A DNA stretch of 64,000 bases from Octopus sinensis (lineage: Eukaryota): NCBI RefSeq assembly GCF_006345805.1, contig NC_043013.1, positions 52,452,001 through 52,516,000 of the forward strand. The letters are read 5' to 3'. The notes under the pieces were generated by a model. It searched no databases and had not been told where the DNA came from. It worked only from the letters and a program-made list of their open reading frames with translations. Each line of letters opens with the position of its first letter. Position 1 is the first letter of the stretch. Of the stretch, positions 41,006 through 54,090 are shown piece after piece. The position numbers were made by a program, and so were the translations under genes.

Positions 41006-41610
41006 TTTATATACACATACACAGGCACGCACATAAAAGTTGTATGAGTTTTTAGTTTCTCCAATCATGATATTATTCAGAAAATGTACTAAAATTAGCA
41101 GAAAATTGAGATTAACTTCAACTGTAAATCTTCAACGCAGTTAACTAATTAAGAGTATGAGATATTTCCTTGATCTCTTTAGCTCATGACGGTTCACATT
41201 ACAGCCTAATATAAAGTTATCATCTCTGTATAAACCCCTCGAGCGCATATTAAGTCCTTTATTCAAAATATCCAAAACATAGCTGAAATGATATATGTGG
41301 TTGACTTATATATGTATATATATATTTATATATATATATATATATATATCTTAAATTTTATACATCATATTTTTATGATCTTTATGACGTGCACATGTTT
41401 CTTTGAAACTACTCAAATAGATAAGCCCTAAAGAATCTGCACCGAATATCGTGCCCGGTTGCATCTGCAACTGACCGTAATCTGTGCTGCGAAAACACGT
41501 GTAGGTCATAAGAGTGCATAAAAATATGGTGTATAAAATTGTAAAATAAGAGAAAATTTATTTTGCGGATGAACAAATCTCCATATTCTTTATCGTTGTA
41601 ACTATTGCTA

Positions 41611-41654
<44 letters not shown>

Positions 41655-41805
41655 TCATAAACGAGGGTGAAAAATTAGATAGTAATTTAATAATATCGTC
41701 AGTTTAACACCAAGTGGCCTAGCACATACCAGAATAAGGAGCTATTTCTAGCACTAGAGTTAGCCATTTATCGTTAACTCTCTTATCGTATATATAATAT
41801 ATATA

Positions 41806-41887
<82 letters not shown>

Positions 41888-41912
41888 AATAGGTGTAAAA
41901 CACTAGGGTTCA

Positions 41913-42153
41913 TTCAGTGTTGTCAGCTATAAGGAATCCCAGACTCTTGTCAATGATATGTACCTAAGAGAGACAACTTTGAACAAACTTATAAAGCAAT
42001 AGATTTGCGGCTGATAGAACGAGGACATTTCACTGAATTTTACATAAACATCTTACTTATAAGTTTGTTCAGTTGTCCATGTTGTCTCATTGACAAGGGT
42101 CAAAAAATTCGAAACATCGATGTCTGAGATTCCTGATAGAGGACGACACTGAA
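41913..42153. repeat. Long imperfect inverted repeat (foldback)
   Basis: Left arm TTCAGTGTTGTC..GGAATCCCAGAC-TCTTGTCAATG..GAGACAAC..TGAACAAACTTATAA. Right arm TTATAAGTTTGTTCA..GTTGTCTC-ATTGACAAG..GTCTGAGATTCC..GACGACACTGAA. Confidence 0.8.
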
Positions 42154-44255
42154 CAAACAGGGGGTTTTTATATATTTTTTTTACCACAAGAGAGATATTT
42201 TTTCCGCAGTAGCTGCAGTAAATTTGCCTTTTATCATTTGAAAATATTTTAACTAACCTAAGTTTTGCTTATATACACACAATATATATATATATATATA
42301 TATATACGCACACACGCATACACACACCTACACACACACACACATATGTATGTGTTGGTACACACACATATATATACGTGTGTTGGTACACACACATATA
42401 TATGTGAGTAGGTGGGGTTTGTTTGTGTATATGTAAAATGATGCTCAAACGCCTTTCTCAAACACTGACCAACAATATTGTACATAAAAGTCGTTATAAT
42501 TGACCAATTTAAAGTACAATATATATGTCAATTGTTTCGCAGCATATAATCATCAAATTAACCGGGGCCTTAAAAGGAATTTACACTTTTACGGCTTAGC
42601 ATATGTTGCCTAAAAAGTTACTAGGAAATCGCATTTAGGCAAATAAATGATTACCTCAAATTTAATATTGATCAAGCAAAACAAGGATAACGTTTGCCAC
42701 AGAGACAGACATTGGAGAAGAACCACGGGAAACTATGTTGCATTGTCTCCGTAATTTCGTCACAGCAGTAGCTTTGCTTGTGCTATTACCAATAGTTGTG
42801 CTATTCGGTATTATCAGCAAATATAACATTTCTGTAGTGTGTCCATCTACATATGCATTATGAGCGCGCGCAATAACTGTATATAGACAAATACATCTAT
42901 ATATATACGTAAGTAAGAGCGCGAAACAGACGAAAAGTATAAGGAATACAAACATTAATTATGTATTAGAATTATTTGAAGTTTTGAAGGCTTGTAACAG
43001 CATTCTGTTATTAAAAATATTCGCTTAAGAAAAGAAAAGAATGGGTTTCAAACACCATTGTGAGATCATAGCACCTTCAGTTGGACGGATAGACACTTTT
43101 TTGAAGTCGTGAGTTCTCTTCAGCGGCAGACACCATTATTGAAAACCGTTACTTTAAATATAGGAACATGTTCAATATTTGTCTCTTTTCTTGGGGGGTT
43201 ATCTCGTTATTAACTCTTTTCTGCGATAGGGATTATAAATTTACAAGTCCATTAGGTTCTATCATAAAAACAACATTTGAGGGATAAAGGTGAATTGTTG
43301 CATGTTTTGCTGTAAGACGCGAAGGATGTTGGGAATGATTTTTATAACTAATGAAATCACCAAGGCCTTACGCAGCGTTGTGTTCTGGATGATCGTATGA
43401 TTTTACGTATCTTTTTAATTTATGTTAGAAATTTCCGATTAATGAAGATTATAAAGTTAATGCTTTTTCAGGAAAACTTTGTAAAGAATGTGGTGGTAGC
43501 CTCACAGGACCACATTCCAGTGACTCAAACAAGTAAATATATTATATGCATGTGTATGTGTGTGTATGTGTGCGTGTATGTGTGTGTAGATATATAAATA
43601 GATAATATGTACATACCTACATATATACATACTTGTGTGTATACCGTTACCCAATATGACCAGAATCAAATAAGTAACGCTAAAAGGAAATGCATTTATG
43701 TACATACACAAATGTATATACATTTATACATATACAGAAGTATATACATACATATGCAAGCATAAATATATTGTATAATATGCATGTGTATACAAATATG
43801 TATATATATATATATATATATATAATATAATATATATATATATATATATATGTATGTATATGTATGTATTATATATATATATATACATAACCACTCATAT
43901 ATACACACACACACACACAATATATATATATATGTGTGTGTGTGTGGGTGTGTGTGTGTGTGTGTGTGTGTGCATGTGTAAGTACAAGCACAGACACACA
44001 CACACATACGGAGAGGTAGGAGGAGAGGAAAAGAAAGATGGAAGATGGAAAGTAAAATAGATAGAGACTGGATGAAAATGGTTTAAGAAAGAGCAAAACT
44101 TTGGCAAGGCGTCGGAGAATAAAAAAATATAAAGGAAAGAAAAGAAAAAGAAACGCAGCCAAGAGCTACGTAAAATGAAAGAGTCTGAATGAGAAAAAGT
44201 GATAAATATGTAATCCATAATCGAAGTACAAGTAGGAAAACTGTATCTTCTGGAT

Positions 44256-44295
<40 letters not shown>

Positions 44296-44319
44296 TACAT
44301 ATGTACATACACACATACA

Positions 44320-44350
<31 letters not shown>

Positions 44351-44664
44351 CACGCATATATATATATATATATATATAAATATATATATGTATATGTATG
44401 TAAATATGTAAAGGTGGCCGCGAAGAAACGGCAAGGAAAAACGATATCGTTATAGAGTTGTCCGCTAGAATGAAGATGAAAGCGACATAAACCGTTGCCA
44501 CTCCCACCGCCAGAGACACGAAGGCCAGTGAAAGACAAAATGGCGAAACAATGTGTCGCCATTTTGTTTTGAAGCCGAACACTTGCTATTGTTCACCACC
44601 GTACACTTGTACGATTTATAGGTTTGTTTGTGTGTGTGTGAGTTTTGTGTGTGCGTATGTGAGT

Positions 44665-44698
<34 letters not shown>

Positions 44699-44993
44699 CT
44701 TATATAGATACACGTATAACATGTATACACACGTATATATCTATATAAAAATCGCTATATATATATATATCTGTGTGTGTGTATACCCCAAATTGTTTTT
44801 CTCTTTTGTATGTTTAATCACTTTAATCATACAAATCGCGACACGTACGTATTCGCACGCACAGAGGTATTGAGTGATGTATCTGAAAGTGTGCACACAG
44901 GCACGCACACACACGCACACACACACACTCCGATACAGATGTATGTATGTATATAAATATATATATATATATATATAGATATATATATATATG

Positions 44994-45031
<38 letters not shown>

Positions 45032-45142
45032 ACACACAAATACATACATGCACATGTATGTGTATATATACATTATATATATATAAACAAAACACATAGA
45101 TACCTATGTACATACCTATATATATTTACGTGCACACACGTT

Positions 45143-45195
<53 letters not shown>

Positions 45196-45219
45196 GTGTT
45201 ATATATGTGTATATATATA

Positions 45220-45262
<43 letters not shown>

Positions 45263-45497
45263 GTATGTATGCATGTATGTATATACACACACAAACACAC
45301 TCACAGATACACGCACGTATGTCTGTTGGTGACGATTTTCCAGACTGCTTCTCTCGCGTTATTCTTTTGATCATCGTCTGGCGACCTCGGTTTCGCTCAG
45401 ATATTTGAAAACGGAGAAGTTAAGGCGGAGAAATGAAAACAAGCAACAAATAGACGTTTAAAAACACAACGTCAACAACAACAACAACAACAGCCGT

Positions 45498-45562
<65 letters not shown>

Positions 45563-45563
45563 C

Positions 45564-45598
<35 letters not shown>

Positions 45599-45928
45599 CA
45601 GCAGCAGCAGCCACTCAGAGTGTTCGTATATACATTGTCGGAATTGGTGTGTGTATATTATTTAGAATGAATGTATGTACGTAGGTATGTGCGTACAAAC
45701 TGTTCAATTTGTTTTGTGTATGTGCGTGTGTATGTGTGTGTGCATGAGCATTTATGAATATATATACAGATGGATATATTGTGTGTCGATGTGAATGTAT
45801 ATGTAAGCGTGTATATATTTGTGGAGATATGTGAGTACATAATTGTGTGTGTGTATATATATATATAAATATTATATATACACACATGTACATATGTAGG
45901 TGCTTCTATGTATATGTATGTATATATA

Positions 45929-45964
<36 letters not shown>

Positions 45965-46064
45965 TGTATGTATGCATGTATGCATGTATGTATGTATGTA
46001 TGTATGTATTATGTATGCATGCATGTATGTATGTTTGTATGTAGGTATGTATGTGTGTATGTAT

Positions 46065-46578
46065 AGGCGCAGATGTGACTGCGCGGAAACTTGCTTTCTA
46101 ACCACATGGTTCCAAGTTCAGTCCCACTGCGTGTGTGTTCTACTGAATCCTCGGTTCGACCAAAGCCTTGTGAGTGGATTTGGTAGAAGGAAACTGAAAG
46201 AAGCCCATCCTCTATAGAAACTACTGCTACTGTTGTTGTTGCTGTCAAAGTTGTTATTGATTTTTAAAGAGACTGTTGGTTGTTTTTAGTCCTCCACTTC
46301 AACTTTCCGTTTTCTCTCTATATATATGTGTGTGTGTGTTTGTGTGTGTGGTGTGTGTGTGTGTCTGTGTGTTTGTTTGTGTATATCTGCCCCACCATCG
46401 CCTGACAACCGATGTCGGTATGTTCACGACCCCGTAACTTAGCAGTTCGGCAAAAGAAACCGATAGAATAAGTACTAGGCATACAAAGAATAAGGCCTGC
46501 AGTCGATTTGTTCGACTTAAGGTGGTGCTCCAGCATGGCCGCATTTAAATAACTGAAACAAGTAAACGAATAAAAGAA
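46065..46578 (+). mobile_element. SINE family A copy, left and right modules separated by about 130 bp of inserted sequence
   Basis: Head 46065-46207, right module 46340-46578. Confidence 0.8.
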
Positions 46579-46735
46579 TATATATATAACACCATTTATG
46601 TCTATCCTCTTATGTGTATTTGAGTGTGTATATCTCTCAAACGGTGTATTACTATGTCCGGTCTGTGTGCATACAGCTCTGCCTGTATAGGATGTTTTTC
46701 CTAAGTGTATCAGTGTGCATACATATGTTTAAATG

Positions 46736-46878
<143 letters not shown>

Positions 46879-46975
46879 TATAAAATATATATGTGATATA
46901 TATGTACAATATATATATAATACATATATATATATGTATTTATGTACATATATATACACATATATATTTATATTA

Positions 46976-47015
<40 letters not shown>

Positions 47016-47300
47016 CATATAATACACACACACAGACTGATACACACTTTTTGGTTACACACAAAACCTTACATTCACACGCTCAGGGAATCTAACACAA
47101 GTTCAAACTTACACATACCTTCACACACGCACATGCATGCACACAGATAGATGAGCACAGACACACACATACATTCACACTTGTGCACGAACAAGTACAC
47201 ACTCATAAAAATGCGCGTGCACACGCAAATACACGCGTTGACACACACACACACACACGTAGCAAAAACGGCTAGAAAGTACCTCGCCGAGGATGAAAAG

Positions 47301-47336
47301 ATGTGCGGCGTGTGTCAGCGAATATTTAAAGCCCAG
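47301..47336 (+). CDS. Candidate short (possibly first) coding exon, MCGVCQRIFKAQ
   Basis: AAAG-ATG context, open frame, strong donor CAG|GTAGGC at 47336, followed by a GC-rich tract with a GGGCGG box (47390-47395). No homology recognised. Confidence 0.25.
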
Positions 47337-48379
47337 GTAGGCGGGTAGAAACGGGGTGCGTGGTGTTGGTGTTCGGGTGAGAGGTGGGGGGGCGGTGTCT
47401 TGTAGTGACTAAGTTAGGTTATTTATTGTTGTACCCAGTGATACTGAGAGAATTTGCAACAACACGAATGATTCTCGCATGTCTCAAATGGAGACCGCTT
47501 TGTCTGTCTGCCTGGAAGCACGCAAACGTGTGTGTGTACACAAACACATACACGCACACGCACACGCACACACACGTATATATATGTATATATGTATGTC
47601 ATATATATATGCATGCATACGCTAACGCACATATCCACATATAAATACATACACGCACACACGCACACGCACACAAACATTCACACACACATACACACAG
47701 GCACACAAACACACACACAAATACACACACATGCACACACACACACACACACATATATATGTATATATGTATGTATGTCATATATATATATATATATACA
47801 TGCATACACTCACGCACCAATCCATATATATATAAATACATACACGCACATACGCACACACACACTCGCATAAACATTTACATGCAGATATGTCTGTGCG
47901 CTTGTGTGTGTGTTTGTGTGATGTTGATGGGTAAAAGCGCATGGTCTGATAGTTAGGATGTTAGTTTTGTAAAGTTGTAGCTTGAAACCCCGAGAACCGA
48001 TTGGCGCGGCATTTCATTTGTATTTGTTCCTCCGAAAATGGCTTTCATCGAAACCACAACCACCAACGCTATCATCATTAGCTCTTGGGAAGGACTGGTG
48101 TGCTATTACCAGAGGGACGCGGAATCGAGCAATCACCGGCCCAATCGCCCTGAAGAGCTTGAATACCTCTCGCCTGAGGAGTCCAAAGGCTCGAAACATT
48201 GTTTACTTTATTGAACATACAGGCGCAGGAGTGGCTGCGTAGTAAGTAACTTGTTTACCAACCACATGGCTCACCCGACTTCTCAAGTAGTGAATCCAGG
48301 ACCATGTGGCCGAGGAGCAGACTTCTTACCACACAGCCAAATGTCCCCCTATATATATATCTTTATATATTTATACACA

Positions 48380-49330
48380 CTGGAGTGAGTGGACAAACAA
48401 AAGTAAAAGGCATTAGTAGGAGTTACATACTTCGTTATTTAAAGTGGTTTCATTCGGTTCCATGCGACTAGAAGTTTCGCAGGTTATAAACAGAAACCTG
48501 GCTCGATGCGGCTCAGATTGCAGATGGCAACTGGTAAATCGGCTGCTATTAGTCAAGGCAAGTTATATGGTGTTGTTAGAAATAAGATTAGCATTTCAGT
48601 AACATCAGATTTCTTTGACTGCGTGGATGCACAGCAAACTAGTGGTGCCTTGCTGTCTGGGAGGCCATTGTGGGGACTTGATATATATATATATATATAG
48701 TTATTGTTCTTTAAAAAGTGATATATTTGAATTTGATTGAAGAGTATGTATCTCTTGGAGATGGATTCTAATCCGATATTTTGCACAACAATAATGTTTA
48801 ATGAGGCAGATAATGTTAACAGTTGGTGGAGGTATTCAAAGGTACACTTGATCTTGAAATCCTTCATGCAACTGATCTGAGTTGGCTCGTTGAACACTGA
48901 TGGGATTACTACCAATGTTCACCAATAGAACTTATGGAAATGATGTTCATAAATGTCAATGGTTCACAAGTAACTGATGTTCAACGATGTGGATGAAGTT
49001 TTCACTAATTGCATTCAAATTGTCTGTTGCGGAGCTGATGTTGTCCTTTACCAATATAGTTAATTTTCATTCATGTGGCTTGTGTCTATTTCGCAATTGC
49101 AACCAACAGAAATATTTATAAACGTAAATGGCCTTATTGTTCACCAATAATTGATGTTCAATACTGTATTTAATGTCGTTAATGCGTGAATTTTGGTGCA
49201 ATTTAGGTTACTCTCCAGCAACAGAATTTATGTTCACAGTTATGGTTTATATTGATGGTCAGTAAAGAGAATGATATAACTGTCCACGAAAGGAAACAAT
49301 GCCGAAAAAATGTTCTGGTTAAAGGGTTTA
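48380..49330 (-). pseudogene. Probable decayed leucine-rich-repeat protein gene
   Basis: Minus-strand frames give repeated LxxLxxLxLxxNxI-like units: LHQLLTLSASLNII (48791-48832), LESISKRYILFNQI (48730-48771), SLNISYL (48967-48987), LTTLNTVLNINY (49147-49182), LLTININHN, and EMLIL(S)NNTI with a frameshift (48566-48597). Many stops, and a (TA)n insertion at about 48680-48700. Confidence 0.45.
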
Positions 49331-49684
49331 TCATATTTAGGTTATAGGGTGGATTTTACTAAAGTATGTTTCTTTTCCTGATTCTTTGTTGAGATTCAAG
49401 CATTATTGCATCCGATTTGCATTGTATTTAAAGATACTTTTTTTTTCGAAGATAATCTAAAGTTTCCTACTAATATATCTTTTTTAATAACTTTCGATAG
49501 CCGGATGAATTTTTAATGTATCATTTTAGTTTTCTCTATGGACTGTTTGAACAATCATACAAAAAGTTAATCAAATTTTTCGTGAGCTTCGGCAGGGATT
49601 CTGAAACCAAATTCTTTTTTAAAATGTTAAATAATTTTACTTGAAATTTATTTACTTGTTCTTTAATTTTCATTTTATATATAG

Positions 49685-49850
49685 AGGCGCAGGAGTGGCT
49701 GCGTGGTAAGTAGCTTGCTTACCAACCACATAGTTCCGGGTTCAGTTCCTCGGGCCGACCAAAGCCTTGTAAGTGGATTTGGTAGACCGAATCTGAAATA
49801 TATCTATATATATATATATATTATATATATATATGTGTGTGTGTGTGTGT

Positions 49851-49889
<39 letters not shown>

Positions 49890-50137
49890 TGTACGTATGT
49901 GTGTGTTTACGTATGTGTGTGCGTATGTTTGTGTGTCTGAGTTTGTTCCCCCACCATCATTTGACAATTGATGTTGGTGTGTTTACGTCCCCGTAACATA
50001 GCGGTTCGTCAAAAGAGATCGATCGAATAAGTACTAAGCTTACAAACAATAAGTCCTGGTGTCGATTTGTTCGACTAAAGGCGGTGCTCCAGCATGACCA
50101 CAGTCAAAAGACTGAAACAAGTAAAAGAACAAAAGAA
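49685..50137 (+). mobile_element. SINE family A copy with an internal deletion in the left module
   Basis: Head, (TA)(TG) tract and right module match 19531. Confidence 0.88.
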
Positions 50138-51069
50138 TCTATTATCTATCCACCTATATACATATACTTTTAAAGTTATCTCATCAGATTTTCTACAAAA
50201 TTTAGAGCCAACACTGAAAGTTACGGCGTTCCGTATACGAATACGTCTCGGTAAATAATACGATCGTTGAAAGAAAAATAAATATATTCATGTTTCAGGA
50301 ATTATTGCTGCTTCTTCAGTAACATATCCAAACCATTAACCATCCACCAACAACATTGGTTAAATAGTCACTAAATTTAGCTGTATCAACACTATTGGCT
50401 TGACCATTTTACTAATCAAACATTCCTGGCAACTAGTCAGTATATATTAATTGCTTGTAGCAAGATCGTATTTTGTTTTGCAAACATTTCTAAGTATATT
50501 ATAAAGATTTAAAAGACAATACCGTTTCGTGTTACAGTTTGTGTTAGCAGCGCGATTTAATCATTTTAAAGATTTCTACTAATTTCTGGAATTACGTAAT
50601 CAGCCCCATTAGATTACGGCTATCTCTGCAATAAGGTGCTGGGTATTCAGAGTTGCATGTTTGAGTATAATCTCAGAGCTTCCTCGGAACTTCTACAATA
50701 AAGTGCTACTTATTTGAAAAAGAAGTCACATATATGGAAAATATCGTAAAATATATGTGGTATACGCATTTACGTGTTCTTCGCGGATGATTTTGCGTTC
50801 AAGTCATACTGAAGTCAATTGACCGTACCAATTTGGACTCGATCTCATAAATACCAGTCGTATATCGCGACGATATGAATGAGCAGCTTAGAGGACACAT
50901 TCCGAAAGAAAGAGTCATCTTTACAAAAGAATTCTCCATTGTATTCAACAAATTGTTTTCTGCTGTAGATGTTGTTATTGTTCTTGGTTTTGAGGCTGTT
51001 GATGTTGTTTGTTGTCATCATCATCATCATCACATCATCATCATCATCATCATCATCATCAGCATCATC

Positions 51070-51168
<99 letters not shown>

Positions 51169-51256
51169 CATGCAAATTGTGAACTTGCTTTGCAGTATCA
51201 CTGAGTTCATCGGGGAAACTGCCTAAGGGACTTGTGAGCTGTTAGTTGTTTATGTG

Positions 51257-51320
<64 letters not shown>

Positions 51321-51396
51321 TATGAGCTGTTGCTACTCTTTGTTGCTATTGTAGTAATTTGTTGCCATCGTTGTCTTCAACAACAATACAAAAACA

Positions 51397-51454
<58 letters not shown>

Positions 51455-51702
51455 TACTACTACTACTACTAACTACAGCTACTACTGTGTCTTCTATGCT
51501 GTTCAGGTACATCTACTTCACCTCCAAGCCCTTAACATAAGAGCTACTGCACTCAAAGGAATAGATTCCAAAAGGTTTCTGTCATGACGAGAATGTCCAC
51601 CTCCTCCCTCTCCTCCCCTTTACTTCCCACTCACCTCCGCTCTTACGATAATATATATATATATATAATATTATATATACATAATACATATATACATATA
51701 TG

Positions 51703-51744
<42 letters not shown>

Positions 51745-51745
51745 T

Positions 51746-51791
<46 letters not shown>

Positions 51792-52094
51792 TATATACGC
51801 GTCTCTCTCAATGTGACAATGATAAAAACAAAATAAAACCAACCACCACCACAAGAAAAAAATATACACACAAAATGAAATAAATAAATAAATACCGAAA
51901 TAGCTGTTGCCGGTTTTGAAAGAGGTCAATCCGCCCTCTTTCCTAACTTTACAAACTTCGGGTCCGCCTTCCCAGACGCTTGTAACAATATATTTGGACA
52001 TTTTCTACGGAAGGCCAGTAAGGCCGTATTTTTTCATAACCAAGCGTAGGCACTTTTGACTACAAGCATGTTTTTGTGTTTTGTATTGTTTTAG

Positions 52095-52130
52095 CCCGAA
52101 TCTTTGTTACGTGAATTTTTTTCTGTGCAG
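52095..52130 (+). CDS. Candidate 36-nt microexon (PESLLREFFSVQ in phase 0), or a recursive splice site
   Basis: Strong acceptor TTTTTGTGTTTTGTATTGTTTTAG| at 52094 and strong donor CAG|GTAAGA at 52130. Length divisible by 3, two frames open. Confidence 0.35.
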
Positions 52131-52254
52131 GTAAGACATCGATTTTCTGGAAGCTTTAATCCCTAATCCTTTCCAGATCCTTGAGAGTTTTCGAACCAAG
52201 GGTGCTCACGTTGGTCAAGAAATTCTAAATTAAACAAATATCAAATTTACTTGA

Positions 52255-52545
52255 ATAACGACCGCCTTCAGTTATGAATGACCATGGGGTTGCACCTAGA
52301 TTGTCACCCTCTGAGGCACAAATCCAGACAAGGTTGGTTATAGAAGAACAGCAGTCGACCCTGCATAGCAGCCGCCCCCCTCTCCATGCCATCAATGTTA
52401 TCCAAGGAAAGGGCAAACACCGACACAGCTTGGCACCTGTGACATCGCAACTCATTTCTACAGCTGAGTAAACCGGAGGAACGTAATATAGAGTCTTGCT
52501 CAAGAACACAGCGAACAGCCAAGTCCGGGGATCGAACTCACTATT
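52255..52545 (-). mobile_element. tRNA-derived SINE, family C-related head with a different 3' part
   Basis: Minus strand GTGAGTTCGATCCCCGG (B box), then GCTGTGTTCTTGAGCAAGAC as in family C, then a distinct tail. Confidence 0.65.
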
Positions 52546-52684
52546 TCATGATTAACTGAAATACAGGTATCTCTATATAAATGTAAATGGTGTGGATTAT
52601 TTGAAGTTCCGGGATATCAGTGTCTGAAGACTTAACGCTGTACTTGTCTTAAATCCCTGCCAGTCACGTGACGGGGAGCTCGCA

Positions 52685-52875
52685 AAATTGTTACCTTGCC
52701 GGTAAAATATGCTTAACGGCATTCCTTCCGTCTTCATGTTCTGAGATCAAATACCGCCACAGTCGACCTTTTGTTCTTTCGGGGTCGATAAAATAAGTAC
52801 CAGTCGAATACTGGTCAATATAATCAACCAGTCCGCATTCCAGAAATTGCTGGCCTCGTGCCAAAATTCGCAATC
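52685..52875 (+). mobile_element. SINE family B, diverged
   Basis: GTTCTGAGATCAAATACCGCCACAGTCGACC..CGGGGTCGATAAAATAAGTACCAG. Confidence 0.75.
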
Positions 52876-52927
52876 GGTTACATGATGGGTAATGTTGACA
52901 AAATAATTTTTACTTGTGTGGATAAAA

Positions 52928-53324
52928 TCTTTATATATAAAAGTGAGGTTGTGTGCTGTCTGTCTCCTACGATTTAGATTCCTAACTACTCCCACATTTT
53001 GCGGTGCAGTTTAACCAAAAGCGGGTATCTTATAGTCGTGATTCATATCGAGCCCTTCTGGGTATTAGCGCGCGTCTACGATGAGTCTACGATTTTTAAA
53101 AAAATTACCATAATTTTTTCCCATTTTTAATGCATTTTTTTTGCTATTATATAAGGGAAGTAACTCGCGTCTACGATGAGTCTACGATTTAAAAAAAAAT
53201 TACCATAATTTTTCCGCATTTTTAGTGCATTTTCGCTCGGTTTATATAAGGGAAGTAACTCTCTATAAATGCTTATATAGTTATTTCCCTTACAAACCCG
53301 AGCAACGCCGGGCGATACTGCTAG
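52928..53324 (+). mobile_element. Non-autonomous Helitron with an internal tandem duplication of about 96 bp
   Basis: A|TCTTTATATATAAAAG start, terminal hairpin CCCGAGCAACGCCGGG, CTAG|T end. CGCGTCTACGATGAGTCTACGATTT...ATAAGGGAAGTAACT occurs twice (about 53071 and 53167). Confidence 0.85.
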
Positions 53325-53726
53325 TAAGTTATAAAGGTAAAATAATTCGAATCTTATAACACTATTCCCAAATTTTATGGCATTCAATAAAAAAAAAGTA
53401 TGAAATAAATATATTTCTTAATTTGAAATGAAATAGAAACAAAGTTTTTCATTTGCAAATTTGCAATAAATATATTTTATCAATAACAAAATAAACAATA
53501 ATAAACTTCTGAACGAGAATCAAACAGTAGCAACACGGAATCGTGAAGTATATTTGCCACCTGAAGAGACGATGCTTTTGTTGATTATAGCCCCAAGAAG
53601 ACATCTCCTCCAATGTGCCGTTAGCCATCCAGAGGAGAAGACTTCCTGGAGCTATAAACAACAGTAGCATCGTCCCCTATGGGTCCGCCACATTTAGGAG
53701 ACAAATATACTTCACGAACAATACTA

Positions 53727-54090
53727 TCTTTTACTTGTTTCAGTCATTTGATTGTGGACATGCTGGAGCACCGCCTTTAGTCGAGCAAATCGACCCCACG
53801 ACTCATTCTTTGTAAGCCTAGTACTTATTATATCGGTCTCTTTTGCCAAACCGCAAAGTTACGGGGATGTAAACACACCAACATCGGTTGTCAAGCGATG
53901 TTGGGGGGACAAACACAGACACACAAACACACACACGCATATATATACATATACCAAATCCACTCACAAGGCTTTGGTCGACCCGAGGCTATAGTAGAAG
54001 ACACTTGCCCAAAATGCTACACAGTGGGACTGAACCCACAACCATGTGGTTGGTAAGCAAGCTACTTACCACACAGCCACTCCTACGCCT
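53727..54090 (-). mobile_element. SINE family A, near full-length
   Basis: Reverse complement of the 56455 copy. Confidence 0.9.

Noticed and set aside
45372-45392. Minus-strand CTGAGCGAAACCGAGGTC
   Set aside because: Core is truncated and helix I is absent, so likely chance.
50780-51000. Possible exon (LIM-like FVEYNGEFFCKDD on minus; YRDDMNEQLRGHIPKERV on plus)
   Set aside because: No flanking Cys/His pattern for LIM, weak splice sites, and it merges into microsatellite.
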